The notes beneath the pieces are model-generated. The model made no database searches. It was not told the origin of the DNA and was given only the letters and a program-made list of their open reading frames with translations. Below are positions 27,641 through 39,066 of a stretch of DNA of 64,000 nucleotides, one piece after another; positions within the stretch are counted from its first letter, which is position 1; every line of letters begins with the position of its first letter. This DNA is from a virus. The position numbers were made by a program, and so were the translations under genes. The DNA lies in the IMG/VR virus record IMGVR_UViG_3300005747_000263, positions 10,012 through 74,011 of that record. One strand, 5' to 3'.

Positions 27641-27653
27641 CAGAGGAACTAAT

Positions 27654-28037
27654 ATGAGTGAACTAATTGAAGACTTTGGCGACTTTATTTCCAAAGTTAA
27701 TGAAAAAAATAAGTTCGAAGTTGAATTTGAAGTCAACGGCGAATTAAACACTATTGCTTATTCTGAACTAAGTAGCTCGGAAGAGATTTCTGTTCAGAAA
27801 GAATTCGGACGATGGTACAAGGATAACTACAAGGATACCACGTTCGATAAAGATGTGAGCCTTCAGCAATTCCGTTTCTTTAAAATGATTCAGAAAGCTG
27901 GTGGCATGGGTAAAACTACGTTCGATGAATTCATGGCTATGCCTCGACTAATCACTAGTGCCCTCGCGGTTTCCATTGAGAAAGACCTCTTTGACCGCTA
28001 CCCTCACATTAAGGACCAAATTAACGCCCTACGTTAA
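27654..28037 (+). CDS. tail assembly chaperone (G-like)
   Basis: Between tail tube and tape measure genes. Confidence 0.6.
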   Translation: MSELIEDFGDFISKVNEKNKFEVEFEVNGELNTIAYSELSSSEEISVQKEFGRWYKDNYKDTTFDKDVSLQQFRFFKMIQKAGGMGKTTFDEFMAMPRLITSALAVSIEKDLFDRYPHIKDQINALR

Positions 28038-28040
28038 TAC

Positions 28041-28607
28041 ATGCTTCAAGTAAATACTCTTAAAGAAGAAACTCCAGTAGATTTACTGAGAGGATTATTC
28101 TCTTACAAGAGTATTTACTGGGTTAGTGTTACGATTAGAGACGTTGACTACAGGTTTAAATTTACCCCCTTATCCCTCCTTGACCAATTAAATATCTCCA
28201 ATAAGTATAGTAACATTGATGATATTAAAGTGCGACAAGAATGTATTGTTAAAGATTCTTGTTTATTAATGTTACAGAAAGCAGGTAATAATACTAGTAC
28301 TATCGAAACACTTAGTAGTATTCACTTGCTTAGTATTTATCAAGCAATGCTTGTCGAATTACAAGAGTTTAAAGAAAGTATTCAGAAGTTCTGCGATGCT
28401 AATAAGACTATCCCGTTAAAGCGTAGTACTAATCCTACTACTAAACTAGATAGTCTTGTTAATATTACAATGGTTGTTAAGGAGTTAAACATGTCTCTCG
28501 ACGATGTGTTACTTCTCGATGATGTTTCATTATTCTGTTTATTATCTGGTATGAACGAAATCGGTGTTCGCGAGAGTAATTCTTACGAACAATCTAAGAG
28601 TAACTAA
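28041..28607 (+). CDS. tail assembly chaperone paralogue with extension (GT-like)
   Basis: MLQKAG matches MIQKAG of the upstream ORF; C-terminal ELNMSLDDVLLLD. Confidence 0.55.
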   Translation: MLQVNTLKEETPVDLLRGLFSYKSIYWVSVTIRDVDYRFKFTPLSLLDQLNISNKYSNIDDIKVRQECIVKDSCLLMLQKAGNNTSTIETLSSIHLLSIYQAMLVELQEFKESIQKFCDANKTIPLKRSTNPTTKLDSLVNITMVVKELNMSLDDVLLLDDVSLFCLLSGMNEIGVRESNSYEQSKSN

Positions 28608-28608
28608 T

Positions 28609-31600
28609 ATGTCCCTCGCCGCAACTCCTGGTTTATCTGGTGGCACCTTCGGTTCTGGTCGCGGTATTCTCGCTGGCCGCTTGGGTGGTAATCAAATTGG
28701 TATCGTCGCCATCGGTATCGATGCTGGTGCCGGAGCAATGCTTCGTAATCTAGCAGTAATGAGTAAAGTTACGGAGGGCAATATTAATCGTGCGGGTAAA
28801 TCCATTATTGGGTTTAACGTTGCAGCTAGTGGCATGATTAATTCCTTGGCAGTTATGACTGCCGGTATTGGCATTGCCGCCGTCGTGGTTAAGGACTTTA
28901 ATACTTCCATCGCCGAGATTAGTAGTATTACCGGTGCCGATACCGAAGAAGTTATGCGTAGCATTGGCGACACTGCAATTGAAATGTCTCAGAAGTGGGG
29001 TTTCAGTGCGGCGAAGATTGCCGATGCTGGTCGTATTATTGCTCAGGCTGGCTTTGACCTTGAAACTACTAAATCTATTCTCGTTGAGTTAACTGAATTC
29101 GTCCGCGCTACACCTGGGGCGGGTTTCGAGGACGCGGCTAAGTTTGCTACGGAAGCGTTCGCTGTATTTAATTTAACCGTTGAAGATTCGGAGCGTTTAT
29201 TCAATTCACTCACTTTCACTATTAATAACGCCAAGGTTGCCATTGTCGATTTAAGACAAGGTTTTAATCAGTTGGCGCCGGTTGCGTCTGCATTGGGTAT
29301 TAGTTTAGAGTCTACTCTTGCTACACTTGGCGCATTGGGTACTGCCGGTCTCGGCGGTAGCGCCGGTGGTACTGGTACTAAGACTGGTTTGCTGGAGTCA
29401 TTATCTCCTACCGGCGAGCGACTTGAGAAGTACGGCGAAACGCTAAATGCGTTCAAGTTCGCTGTGTCTGAGACTGGCGACTTCGCTGTCGCATTCGATT
29501 TACTTCTTCGCGGTTTAGATACTAACTTAGTAGACTTTAGTCAATCCTTGGAAAAGTTGCGTATCGACGAACAAATTGAAAGTATCGAAGATATTAGTGA
29601 TGTGAAACTTACCGAGTTTGGCACCAAGATTGATACTGTCTCCAAGTTAACTGAAATCTTTGGTATTCGCGCCGTGCGCGCATGGCTTGCGTACAGCACT
29701 GGTGCGGTGAAGGCTAAGCAAGATACTATTGCGATGGAACTTCAGTTGGAAGATACCACCGATGCCGCTAATAGAGCGATGGAGCAAATGGGTGCTCAAG
29801 CGGGTCGCTTAGGCGCTCAACTTGCGGCGGCTCTATTACAAGGCGATTTCGGTAGTAACTTAACTGGTATGCTACAAGGGCTCGCAGATAGCGGTGCGTT
29901 CGTAGAAATTGGTGAAGAAATCAATGATGGTATCAACGATGCATTGCTATCGTTAGCCGAGAATGCGGATAGTATCGCAGAATTGATGGTCACACTGTCT
30001 AAGAGTCTTAGTACTTTTGCAGACTCTGCTGTTATTGCGTTTGATGCTTTGAGCGGTGTGCTTAAGGTTCTTAATAGTCTCGGTCCGGTTGCTGATTTAT
30101 TGGTTGCGAGAATGGCTATTGGTGCCCTCTTTGGTGGGGCAGCACGTCGCGGTGTAGACCAGTTTAGAGAGTTAACTAAATCTAACGCAATTACTCGGTT
30201 AAATAAGCAATTACAAGATAATGTTAAATTTGCAGCTAACTCGAAGCTTGCAAACATGTCTTTGACTGCCACGTTTAACGAGGAACTTTTTTCTATTCAA
30301 CAGTTAACGAGGGCAAACACTAACCGGATTGCCTCTATTAATTTATTAAACGCACAAGAAAAAGAGCAAGGTATCCTCACAAAGGAAAACTTCTTGGCTC
30401 GACAAACTGAAATTGCAACTCTAAAGAAAGAAATTGCACACGAAAATCTTTTAAGTAACGCCATTCGAGAAGAAATGGCGGCGATGAAGGCTAACTCAGT
30501 TCAGACTACCGTCAACATGAGGGCGCATCAATCTAGGACTGCCGCACTAAAGGCGGAAATCCTTGCTTCTGAAAAAGCAATTACTGCCAACAGCGCTCTC
30601 GGTGCTTCAACCGCTAAAACTCTTTCGAGGGGCACTATGGCTGCGGGTGGAGTTGCCGCAGGGGCGGCAGGTAAAGCCGCTCTTCGGGGCACTGCGGGTA
30701 GGGCGGCCGGAGCCGCGTTAGGATTGAGTAATCCCGTAGGATGGCTCATTATGGGGTTGACGATTGTTCTCCCATTAATTTCTTCGTTTAGTCGCAAGTC
30801 CCGAGAAGCCAGCGATATTACTTCCAGTTGGGCTGAAGAAATTCGCAATGGTGCCGGTGCATTTAATGAATTAGACCAATCTATTCTTGGCGTCAATGAA
30901 GCGATTGAGGCACAAGAGAAACTAGGTAAGAGTAAACTCCTAAGTAGTACGTTTGTACCCGGTACAGACGGTAGTGTTGACAAATTAACCGATGTATACG
31001 CGGTAGATTTATCGGGAATGAGCGAAGAGAATCGTGAGCGCACTATGCAGTTAGCGATTGAGCAGAACAAGCGCATTGTTACTCTCGGCGAACTTCTTAA
31101 CAGCGACTTATCTGACCTAGACCGTCAACGGTACACTGAGTTTCGTAATGCTAAATTACAAGAGTACGAGGCTCAACGACAAACCGAAATTGGTAAAGTA
31201 ACTCTGGTTCAAAAGACCGGTAATGCCGTCACCGATTGGTTCAAGACCAGTTTCGTTAATGCAATGAAGATTACCGTAGGTACTATCGGCGGGTTCCTTT
31301 ACACCCTTGGCGGGAACGTTGTAGCATTCGTGTCGGAAGCTCTCGCTGCAATTCTAAGAGTGTTCGATAAGTTACCGGACTGGATGACACCCTCTTATTT
31401 GGGAGATGCAATTGCCAGCCTAGAAGACTATGCTAAACAGTCGAGAGAAAGAGTAGAGGGCGGAATCGATGCTGCTCGCGACGATTTCCTTGATAATGTT
31501 GGCGGCCTTAATACTTTCATTGACACTATCGATAGTACTATTCCTACTATTGATGACTTCGTAATAATTATTGACGAAAACACTAGTCGTCTCGGTCAAT

Positions 31601-32121
31601 TGGCCGACACCATTACTGGTTTCAAGGATAACATCGGCGACTTCGAATCTATCTTTAAGAGATTAGATAGTGCAGTATATGATACCGTAGACGGTGTCCA
31701 AGTGATGAATGGCACTTTCTTCGAAATTGCAAATACTGGATTCGAACTGTCTCAGGCAATGTCTAAGTTTAAGACTTTCCTTATCACTAAGGAAATGACT
31801 ACTATTGCCGGGGAAATTAGTGGCGTGTTTACCTCCCTCGGCCGCGATGTTCCTGCTGGATTCCAGAGCATTATTGATATGCTCAATACTCAATTACTCG
31901 GCGAGGCTACGGCTCTCGCTAACTTATTCGACCCCAACACTTTTAATGCAGAGTCTTTCATCGAGATTCTCGCTAAAGCAATGGACAGTCCTCGATTTGA
32001 ACAGAACAACAACATTGTCATTCGTGTCAGTACTAGCGGCAATCCACAACAAGCTGTTGAGGCCGCAGACATTGTTGCTCGCAGACTGACTGGACAAGGT
32101 ATCCCCGTGAGGGACGTTTAA
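28609..32121 (+). CDS. tape measure protein
   Basis: TP901-type core (FSAAKIADAG..IAQAG, LAPVASALGISLE, GGSAGGTG, EIFG.RA), Ala/Leu helical; likely start MSLAA at 28609. Confidence 0.92.
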   Translation: MSLAATPGLSGGTFGSGRGILAGRLGGNQIGIVAIGIDAGAGAMLRNLAVMSKVTEGNINRAGKSIIGFNVAASGMINSLAVMTAGIGIAAVVVKDFNTSIAEISSITGADTEEVMRSIGDTAIEMSQKWGFSAAKIADAGRIIAQAGFDLETTKSILVELTEFVRATPGAGFEDAAKFATEAFAVFNLTVEDSERLFNSLTFTINNAKVAIVDLRQGFNQLAPVASALGISLESTLATLGALGTAGLGGSAGGTGTKTGLLESLSPTGERLEKYGETLNAFKFAVSETGDFAVAFDLLLRGLDTNLVDFSQSLEKLRIDEQIESIEDISDVKLTEFGTKIDTVSKLTEIFGIRAVRAWLAYSTGAVKAKQDTIAMELQLEDTTDAANRAMEQMGAQAGRLGAQLAAALLQGDFGSNLTGMLQGLADSGAFVEIGEEINDGINDALLSLAENADSIAELMVTLSKSLSTFADSAVIAFDALSGVLKVLNSLGPVADLLVARMAIGALFGGAARRGVDQFRELTKSNAITRLNKQLQDNVKFAANSKLANMSLTATFNEELFSIQQLTRANTNRIASINLLNAQEKEQGILTKENFLARQTEIATLKKEIAHENLLSNAIREEMAAMKANSVQTTVNMRAHQSRTAALKAEILASEKAITANSALGASTAKTLSRGTMAAGGVAAGAAGKAALRGTAGRAAGAALGLSNPVGWLIMGLTIVLPLISSFSRKSREASDITSSWAEEIRNGAGAFNELDQSILGVNEAIEAQEKLGKSKLLSSTFVPGTDGSVDKLTDVYAVDLSGMSEENRERTMQLAIEQNKRIVTLGELLNSDLSDLDRQRYTEFRNAKLQEYEAQRQTEIGKVTLVQKTGNAVTDWFKTSFVNAMKITVGTIGGFLYTLGGNVVAFVSEALAAILRVFDKLPDWMTPSYLGDAIASLEDYAKQSRERVEGGIDAARDDFLDNVGGLNTFIDTIDSTIPTIDDFVIIIDENTSRLGQLADTITGFKDNIGDFESIFKRLDSAVYDTVDGVQVMNGTFFEIANTGFELSQAMSKFKTFLITKEMTTIAGEISGVFTSLGRDVPAGFQSIIDMLNTQLLGEATALANLFDPNTFNAESFIEILAKAMDSPRFEQNNNIVIRVSTSGNPQQAVEAADIVARRLTGQGIPVRDV

Positions 32122-34961
32122 TGACGTTCATTTACTACGATGTATATCTAGCAGGGAGTCTTGTCGAACACTCTGATTTACAGTTCTCTACGCCACCAAA
32201 GAATCCTAAAGATATACCTGTTGCATCCTTTAAGATTCCTAATCGAGTAACTAGCTCCGGCAGTGTGTATTCGGGGTTGAGTTCTGGGTCTTCAGTATTA
32301 ATTTATGATGACCAAGGGACTCTTGTGTTTGACGGAGTAGTTGATTCCCGTAAATTCCTATTGGGGGAGCGAGACTCGACTGTAAAAATTACTGCTGTTA
32401 ATCGTCAATATAAAAAGCTGTCTAACTTTATTTGCGATTCATATGATTTCTTAGAGAGCAATGATGATTACGGTGTCACTATTAATCCTTGGGAGTATAA
32501 AATTCTTAGGTCCACAGACCCTTCGCACCCCGTTGAGAATTTAACGCTCATTGGACCGCCTGTATTTGGATTCAATCAGGCCGATGTTGCCAAAGCTATT
32601 ATTGGTGAGAAACTATTATTTTCTCACGATTTTACTAGCAACGAGTATTTATTGCCAGTCACAACTGCTACTGAGACTTCGTATTTAAATACCGCTAGGA
32701 ATCCCGCAATCGACGGTGGAGCCCAAACTACTCCTCGTTTACAATTGATGCCGAACGGGAATGGTGTATACCGCACAAGCGGTAGTGTAGAGTCTGTTCC
32801 GTTTATGAACGGAGACCCGCACATTGACGCAATGGGTAATATTACTTCTGCCACGATTCGCGTGTATGGTGTAGTTCCTTCTGGCTGTAGTTTTACTGTC
32901 GATGTATGTCGCAATGGTGGAACAACTTTTGGTGACGATAATGAGGACTTTATTGGCGGAGATTATGCATCGAGAGACTATTCCACTGGCGTAATTAGCG
33001 CGACGAGCGGTAATGGTGTAGAACAAATTCTCGTATACGACGACGTATACGGCAATTCTCACGACACCGGACTTAACGAGGTAAGCTATACTTACTGGGA
33101 AGGCACCACTAGCTTTAGTGGCAAAGCTGCCGGTAATAGTTTGGCATACAAGATTAACATGACGGGGAATGGTAGTACTACTGCCTATCTCGAATACGTT
33201 GTGATTGATGCAGTAACTGTTAGCGACACCGGCATTAACGCTGGTACGGTTGATGTCTACGACGGAGACCCCGCACTATCTACTAGTACTTTCTTTGAAG
33301 GAGACTTTGTTTCTAAGAATCGACTAGAAGCTCTCGGGGATTTACGACTCAGTACATTGAAAGACGATGTGCTAGAGCACTTCTGGAATGTGTGGATTGA
33401 CATTGATGGTGATTTACATTTCAAGGAAACTCGGGGTTCAGTAATTGGTACTACGTTTTCTTTTGCCAACATGAATCTCGATGATTTAGATTATCAGTTC
33501 GACGACAATGATATCTGGCATAAATGTGTTGCATATGGCGCCGGTAGTGGTAAGTATCGAACTCGTATCGTTAGTAGTGCCGAATTTACCAATGGCGGGT
33601 TGAGTTCTGCTAGCACTAAGGCTACTTACGGAGACCTCGCGAAAGTGGGTAAGTATGAGGACGGAAATGCTAGCACTGCTAGTCAGTTACTGAGGAAGGC
33701 GCGAGCCGTCTTTAAGTTACATCAAACTCCGTTCGAGACTCTTTCCGTTAAAAAAGGTATTGTTATTACGGATAGTATTCCCTTTGATATTGGAGATACT
33801 ATTACCGTTAATGTTCCCCAGTTAGGGATTAATAAGTCATTCCCGGTTGAGGATTTAGTTATTAGTGAATCTGGAGACGGGGGTGTGACCGTGGCTCCCG
33901 TCCTCGGAGAGCCCCTTGGTTCACTCGCCAACGCCATTGCTAGCATTGGGGGTAGTACGCAGAACATTCACGTTGTTAGACAGGCTAGCGGCTCCCAGAC
34001 GGGTGCTACTGGGTCTGGTACGTATTTCACTAATCAGATTAATGGTGTGTATACTTTTGGACTGAGTGATACATACAATATCGATAAAGTATTCCTAAAG
34101 GCTATCACCGTTCCTTATGACATTACTTCTACGGGTGCCGGTGCTGCCGTAGCATTAGATGCTTCTGGTGCAAATGATACGTCAGAAACAGTTGCTACTA
34201 GTTCCAAATTTTATGAGCCGGGTTATTTTATTGATGCGGATACATTGCCCGAATCATGGTTCCTCGATGTACCCGCAGCAGTTAATGGCGACTTTGCGGG
34301 AGCAGTTGTATCTTTTACAATCGCTAACCACTCGGGCGCATCCCGCAACTATACTTACACCATTACTAATGATACGCAAGCAACTACATTAGAAACGGGG
34401 TCTACCGGCGGTATTGCGAATTTAGAGACTGAAGTATTCAATTTTAACTACGTATATCCCGATGTTGAAGAAGGAGACCGAGTAAGGATTACTCTTGGTG
34501 GTCCACTTATCGGTACGAGCATGGATTCTAGAGACAATTGGACGAATTGTCAAATGACTATTCAATCTTCATCTAGTCACTTTCACGAGGGGGGGACGCA
34601 TGAGCATCCGCCTCGCTTTGGTATTTGGGCGTTTAATGGTGACGACGGAGACGGAGACATTAGTCCCGGCACGGGAACGCCCCCTGTCTTTGCGTCCAAC
34701 ATCAATATCTACGTAGACCCCGATGACGATATTACACCAAATGTCGGGTCACAATTACCTATAACATTCGGGGACCCCAGTCAATCTAGTGAAATGGATG
34801 AAATTGATATTACTGCATTTTTGAGCAGACAAGATAACGGTAAAATTGTAGATGGTATGCATAAAATCATCGTTAACAGTTCTACTGTTTCGGGGAATAA
34901 TACGAGCGGTTTAGGTAAAGTACAGTTTGTTGTGTACGATAAAAGGAGGACTAGTGAATAA
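32121..34961 (+). CDS. baseplate hub/tail-tip protein
   Basis: After the TMP; VFDGVV, WIDIDGDLHF, FDIGDTITV hub-like motifs. Confidence 0.7.
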   Translation: MTFIYYDVYLAGSLVEHSDLQFSTPPKNPKDIPVASFKIPNRVTSSGSVYSGLSSGSSVLIYDDQGTLVFDGVVDSRKFLLGERDSTVKITAVNRQYKKLSNFICDSYDFLESNDDYGVTINPWEYKILRSTDPSHPVENLTLIGPPVFGFNQADVAKAIIGEKLLFSHDFTSNEYLLPVTTATETSYLNTARNPAIDGGAQTTPRLQLMPNGNGVYRTSGSVESVPFMNGDPHIDAMGNITSATIRVYGVVPSGCSFTVDVCRNGGTTFGDDNEDFIGGDYASRDYSTGVISATSGNGVEQILVYDDVYGNSHDTGLNEVSYTYWEGTTSFSGKAAGNSLAYKINMTGNGSTTAYLEYVVIDAVTVSDTGINAGTVDVYDGDPALSTSTFFEGDFVSKNRLEALGDLRLSTLKDDVLEHFWNVWIDIDGDLHFKETRGSVIGTTFSFANMNLDDLDYQFDDNDIWHKCVAYGAGSGKYRTRIVSSAEFTNGGLSSASTKATYGDLAKVGKYEDGNASTASQLLRKARAVFKLHQTPFETLSVKKGIVITDSIPFDIGDTITVNVPQLGINKSFPVEDLVISESGDGGVTVAPVLGEPLGSLANAIASIGGSTQNIHVVRQASGSQTGATGSGTYFTNQINGVYTFGLSDTYNIDKVFLKAITVPYDITSTGAGAAVALDASGANDTSETVATSSKFYEPGYFIDADTLPESWFLDVPAAVNGDFAGAVVSFTIANHSGASRNYTYTITNDTQATTLETGSTGGIANLETEVFNFNYVYPDVEEGDRVRITLGGPLIGTSMDSRDNWTNCQMTIQSSSSHFHEGGTHEHPPRFGIWAFNGDDGDGDISPGTGTPPVFASNINIYVDPDDDITPNVGSQLPITFGDPSQSSEMDEIDITAFLSRQDNGKIVDGMHKIIVNSSTVSGNNTSGLGKVQFVVYDKRRTSE

Positions 34962-37900
34962 TGGGTAATGGACTAAATGATACGTTAACTATTAACGGTA
35001 TTACATACGGCGGATTAGATTCCAGGTATTCTCCTCGGATTCGAAATGCAGCAGACACTAATATGTGGGGTCACAGAATCCCAGTTAATGACGGTGCGGT
35101 TGACCATTTTGCAACACTGAATGGTGAGGGTTTCATCTATGATAAAGATGGTATTTTATACTACGCCAGAACTAAGGATAGTGATTACCAAGTTTATGAT
35201 TTAACCGCCAGCGGGGGCGGGGGTGGTTCCAATACCCTCGACATCGATGCAGACATTGGTTCTGGAGAAATTGATTTATCTAGCGAGACGCTACTGGTGC
35301 AGGGGGGTACCGGCATTGACACCCAAATGTCGGGCAACACTTTAACTATTACTGCAACCGGGGGAGGTGGTGGCGGTTCCATGAATTCGTTCTTTATGAG
35401 AGACGACGGGACCCCCACTACTCTAGAAATCGACAATGCAAAATATGTCCAATTCCTCGGTGCATTCGATATCGACGTAAACTGGACAGATACCGACAAT
35501 GGCACCACAGGAGACCCGTACAAGTTAACATTTAGCGGTGTCGGTTTGCTACCCAGAGATGGCGTTCGCCCCATGACGGGCACTTTAGACATGGATGGTA
35601 ATGCTATCTCGGACATTCATTACTTACAAACCGAGGATAGAATTAGCGACTTGGTTGGAGTGGGCACTGGGGGTCGTTTATACACTATCGATTTAGACGG
35701 AAGGCTGCGATATGTACATAATACATATGATTCGGGCACACAGCAGTTAGTAGCGTTTGTGGATGAACTCATTACAGACCATGGAGCATTGGACGGATTA
35801 ACCGATGACGACCACACGCAATACTTACTAGCCACTGGAACTAGAGCATTAACTGGCGACTTACAATTAGGCGATAACGATATCATCGATGTCGCAAGAA
35901 TCTCTTCATCTACATCATTTACTGCTTCCGACGAATACATTGACTTTGCCGGACCCGGTAGTTACATGGTAATTAATGCCGGTAACAACACGGGTCTTAA
36001 GTTAATTCATAACAATGTAACACAACTTACGCTTGATACGGATTCAATCATTATTGCCCCTGATATTTTCCCAAGCACGAATAAAATCGAGATAGGTGCT
36101 AATACACTCGAATTAGTCGCGGCCAACACTAAGATTGATATGTTGGGTAATGATATCTTAAACACTGTTGACGGCGGCGGTTATTATCAAGTTAAGTTCG
36201 GTTCGACGGACGCCATTAAGTTTACTCATTCTATCACTACTACCACAGTGAGCACTGATTCGGCCGACATTAAGTATGAAGATGCTCAACACTTAATGTT
36301 TATCGAGCAGGGTGGCGACCCGACTAACGGGGCCGATACGGGGTATATGTACACTAAACAGGCTGGTAGTGGGTACACTGAACTCTATTACATGAATAGT
36401 AATGGAGATTCATTCCAGCTTACACCAAATACTACTTCGACCGGAATTAACATCGAAGACAATAACAGTCTTGAAACTGGATTGTTTAGTACATTGGATT
36501 TCACTTCTAGTACTGGCGTAGTTATGCAGGTTAACCCTTCGGGGTCTGAAGCAGTTGTTCTCGCTAGTCTGGACCTCACACACAGTCGTAATAAAGACCA
36601 CGATGCACTTCACGTGTATTCTGGAGCAGGATTAACTAATGGTGGTAATGAAACTATAAACGCAGATATTACTCTTAACGTAGGTGCAGGTGAGGGTATT
36701 GTTGTAAATGCAGACGATGTTGCTCTTGACCCGGATATAGCGGGAAATGCGCTTATTTACACTGCAGGGACTTTGGATGTTAACCCCGATACAACTACCA
36801 TTGAGATAAATGGTAATGCGTTAAGAGTTAAGGATTTAGGCATTTCTACAGCTAAACTTGCCGACGTTTCCGTGACAACCGGTAAACTGGCGAATTTAGC
36901 AGTTAACGAAAGTAAGATTGCGGGTGGTGCAGTTACTGGCATTAAGATTGCAACTAACACTATTACTGCTAATAATATTGCCACAAACGCGGTCGGCGCA
37001 TCAGAATTAGCAGACAATGCTGTAGATACTAATGCAATCGTTGATGTTGCAGTAACTAGCGGTAAACTCGCTAACGGCTCGGTGCTGAATACTAAACTAA
37101 GTGACATGGCTACCTCTACCCTAAAGGGTAGAGTTACTGCCGGTACTGGGGACCCTGAAGATTTAACTGGCACACAAGCAACTACACTCCTCGACACGTT
37201 TACTAGTTCTTTAAAAGGTCTTGTACCCGGGTCTGGTGGCGGTACTACTAATTTCCTACGAGCAGATGGTTCTTGGGCGGCTCCTTCCGGTGGCGGTGGC
37301 GGCGGTACGATGGATGACTGGGTGGTACAAGACTCTGGTGCAGACACTCGAACAATTGGCGATGGCGCAACTCTTATCTTTACCGGCACTGGCGATGGAA
37401 ACACTGTAACCACAGACTTAACTGGTGCAGGACCATTCACTCTCACCGTTGACGTAGACAACACGGATAAGGGTTCTTCCCAGAACATTTTCAAAACCAT
37501 TGACCCTTCTTCGGGAACCAATATTACTGCGTCGAGTAACTCCGACACGGTGTTCATTAACGGTAGTGGTGGTATCACTGTTACCGGTTCTGGCAGTACA
37601 CTCACCATTGATGGTACTGGTGCTGGCGGCGGTGCAGACAACTTGGGTAATCACACTGCTACTCAAGAACTCAACATGGCCACTTACAACATTTATTTCT
37701 CCGACGACACAGGTGTTAAGTACATTAGTGATGGCTCCACTGGAACACCGCTAGGTACAGACAACTATATTAAGTTCGATAAAGGGGCTTCCGACCACAT
37801 ACGGATTAACGGGGACGGTTACATTACTTTCTCTGCCGGTGGTAATAGTGTAATGAATCTAGATGCTAATGCGTTAACACTTTTGAATGGACTATATGTT

Positions 37901-38335
37901 AACTTGAATAGTGGAACCTTGTATAACACAGGATACATAACTAATAAAGTTCCGGCTCTTACCCCTGGTAACAGTGATGAATACATCCAGTTCTCGGGCA
38001 ACGACATCAAATACAACGCTTCCGGTAGTCATCTTTTCTATGACACTGGTACATTAATGTTACATTTACAGGATAACTCTGGTGTCACTGAACAAATTAC
38101 AACGAAGAATCGTGAAGCTGCTCTTGACTGGTGGGAGATTCAAATTAAGGCTTCTACAGCGTTCCGGTGTGAAACTACCGGTACTGCACCAGAAATTTCT
38201 TTCTTTGGTGTTACACCTGTGGCTAAACAGGCCGCCATTAGCGACCCGAGTGGCGGGGTGACTATTGATTCTCAAGCCAGAACTGCAATCAATGCAATTA
38301 TTGACGCATTGCAAGCATACGGATTACTTGCATGA
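34961..38335 (+). CDS. tail fibre protein
   Basis: Gly/Thr-rich; DHGALDGLTDDDHTQY, 10-aa VT.KLA repeats, C-terminal DSQARTAINAIIDALQAYGLLA. Confidence 0.8.
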   Translation: MGNGLNDTLTINGITYGGLDSRYSPRIRNAADTNMWGHRIPVNDGAVDHFATLNGEGFIYDKDGILYYARTKDSDYQVYDLTASGGGGGSNTLDIDADIGSGEIDLSSETLLVQGGTGIDTQMSGNTLTITATGGGGGGSMNSFFMRDDGTPTTLEIDNAKYVQFLGAFDIDVNWTDTDNGTTGDPYKLTFSGVGLLPRDGVRPMTGTLDMDGNAISDIHYLQTEDRISDLVGVGTGGRLYTIDLDGRLRYVHNTYDSGTQQLVAFVDELITDHGALDGLTDDDHTQYLLATGTRALTGDLQLGDNDIIDVARISSSTSFTASDEYIDFAGPGSYMVINAGNNTGLKLIHNNVTQLTLDTDSIIIAPDIFPSTNKIEIGANTLELVAANTKIDMLGNDILNTVDGGGYYQVKFGSTDAIKFTHSITTTTVSTDSADIKYEDAQHLMFIEQGGDPTNGADTGYMYTKQAGSGYTELYYMNSNGDSFQLTPNTTSTGINIEDNNSLETGLFSTLDFTSSTGVVMQVNPSGSEAVVLASLDLTHSRNKDHDALHVYSGAGLTNGGNETINADITLNVGAGEGIVVNADDVALDPDIAGNALIYTAGTLDVNPDTTTIEINGNALRVKDLGISTAKLADVSVTTGKLANLAVNESKIAGGAVTGIKIATNTITANNIATNAVGASELADNAVDTNAIVDVAVTSGKLANGSVLNTKLSDMATSTLKGRVTAGTGDPEDLTGTQATTLLDTFTSSLKGLVPGSGGGTTNFLRADGSWAAPSGGGGGGTMDDWVVQDSGADTRTIGDGATLIFTGTGDGNTVTTDLTGAGPFTLTVDVDNTDKGSSQNIFKTIDPSSGTNITASSNSDTVFINGSGGITVTGSGSTLTIDGTGAGGGADNLGNHTATQELNMATYNIYFSDDTGVKYISDGSTGTPLGTDNYIKFDKGASDHIRINGDGYITFSAGGNSVMNLDANALTLLNGLYVNLNSGTLYNTGYITNKVPALTPGNSDEYIQFSGNDIKYNASGSHLFYDTGTLMLHLQDNSGVTEQITTKNREAALDWWEIQIKASTAFRCETTGTAPEISFFGVTPVAKQAAISDPSGGVTIDSQARTAINAIIDALQAYGLLA

Positions 38336-38417
38336 TAAATAGTTTAACATATAATATTGAAGAAGGTAATACTTCTTCCGTCAACAATGTTGACGGCTAT
38401 TTTTCGGAGGAACAAAT

Positions 38418-38597
38418 ATGACTAAAGAAAAGCTTTTACAAGATTTTGCCCAAGAATTGATTACGATTATCAATGCGTCCCACAGAGACATGAATGTTCA
38501 GTATGAACTACTCATGCGCCGTCTGAAAGACTTGGACGAAGAATCTGAGCCCGAAGAGGCTGCTGCTAAAGTTACTAAACCAAAAACTACTAAGTGA
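38418..38597 (+). CDS. 59-aa hypothetical protein (not in ORF track)
   Basis: GGAGG RBS; MTKEKLLQDFAQEL...KPKTTK; late motif upstream. Confidence 0.6.
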   Translation: MTKEKLLQDFAQELITIINASHRDMNVQYELLMRRLKDLDEESEPEEAAAKVTKPKTTK

Positions 38598-38607
38598 GTG
38601 AGTATTC

Positions 38608-39063
38608 GTGACGGACTTCTTTATTGAATCTTTGCAAATTAATGACGCCAACGTCGGCGTCGTAATTACTGAGACATCTCAGGTGCAATCATTCGTTAAC
38701 AGTTCGACCACGAGAAATAGACAGACCAGACAAGTAGTCCATCCGCTGGGTATGGAAGCTCCAAGCGTGAGTATTAAATTCACTTTGTATGCAGATTCAT
38801 ACGCCAACTTAGTATCTAAGGATAACGACATGGAGACTGTACTGTTAACTCAGGTATCGTCTGGTATTCCATTGCGAGTAAGAACTAGTGACGTTCCAAT
38901 TTACTTATCTCATAAAGATATCTTCCTCGTTCTGGAGTCTCCTTCATTTATGAGTAAAAGTGACTTTGGGGGTCACGCGGTTGAATACACTTTAACGGGT
39001 AAACTTCACGGTATCAGTAATGTTGATGGCGGAGATATTGACCCGTTAGACCCGTGGGCGTAA
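38608..39063 (+). CDS. distal-tail-like protein 1
   Basis: Tube/Dit-like pattern; paralogue of the next ORF. Confidence 0.5.
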   Translation: MTDFFIESLQINDANVGVVITETSQVQSFVNSSTTRNRQTRQVVHPLGMEAPSVSIKFTLYADSYANLVSKDNDMETVLLTQVSSGIPLRVRTSDVPIYLSHKDIFLVLESPSFMSKSDFGGHAVEYTLTGKLHGISNVDGGDIDPLDPWA

Positions 39064-39066
39064 TAC

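Noticed and set aside
28000-28045. Canonical -1 frameshift between the tail chaperone genes
   Set aside because: No X XXY YYZ heptamer near the stop, and the two ORFs are in the same frame
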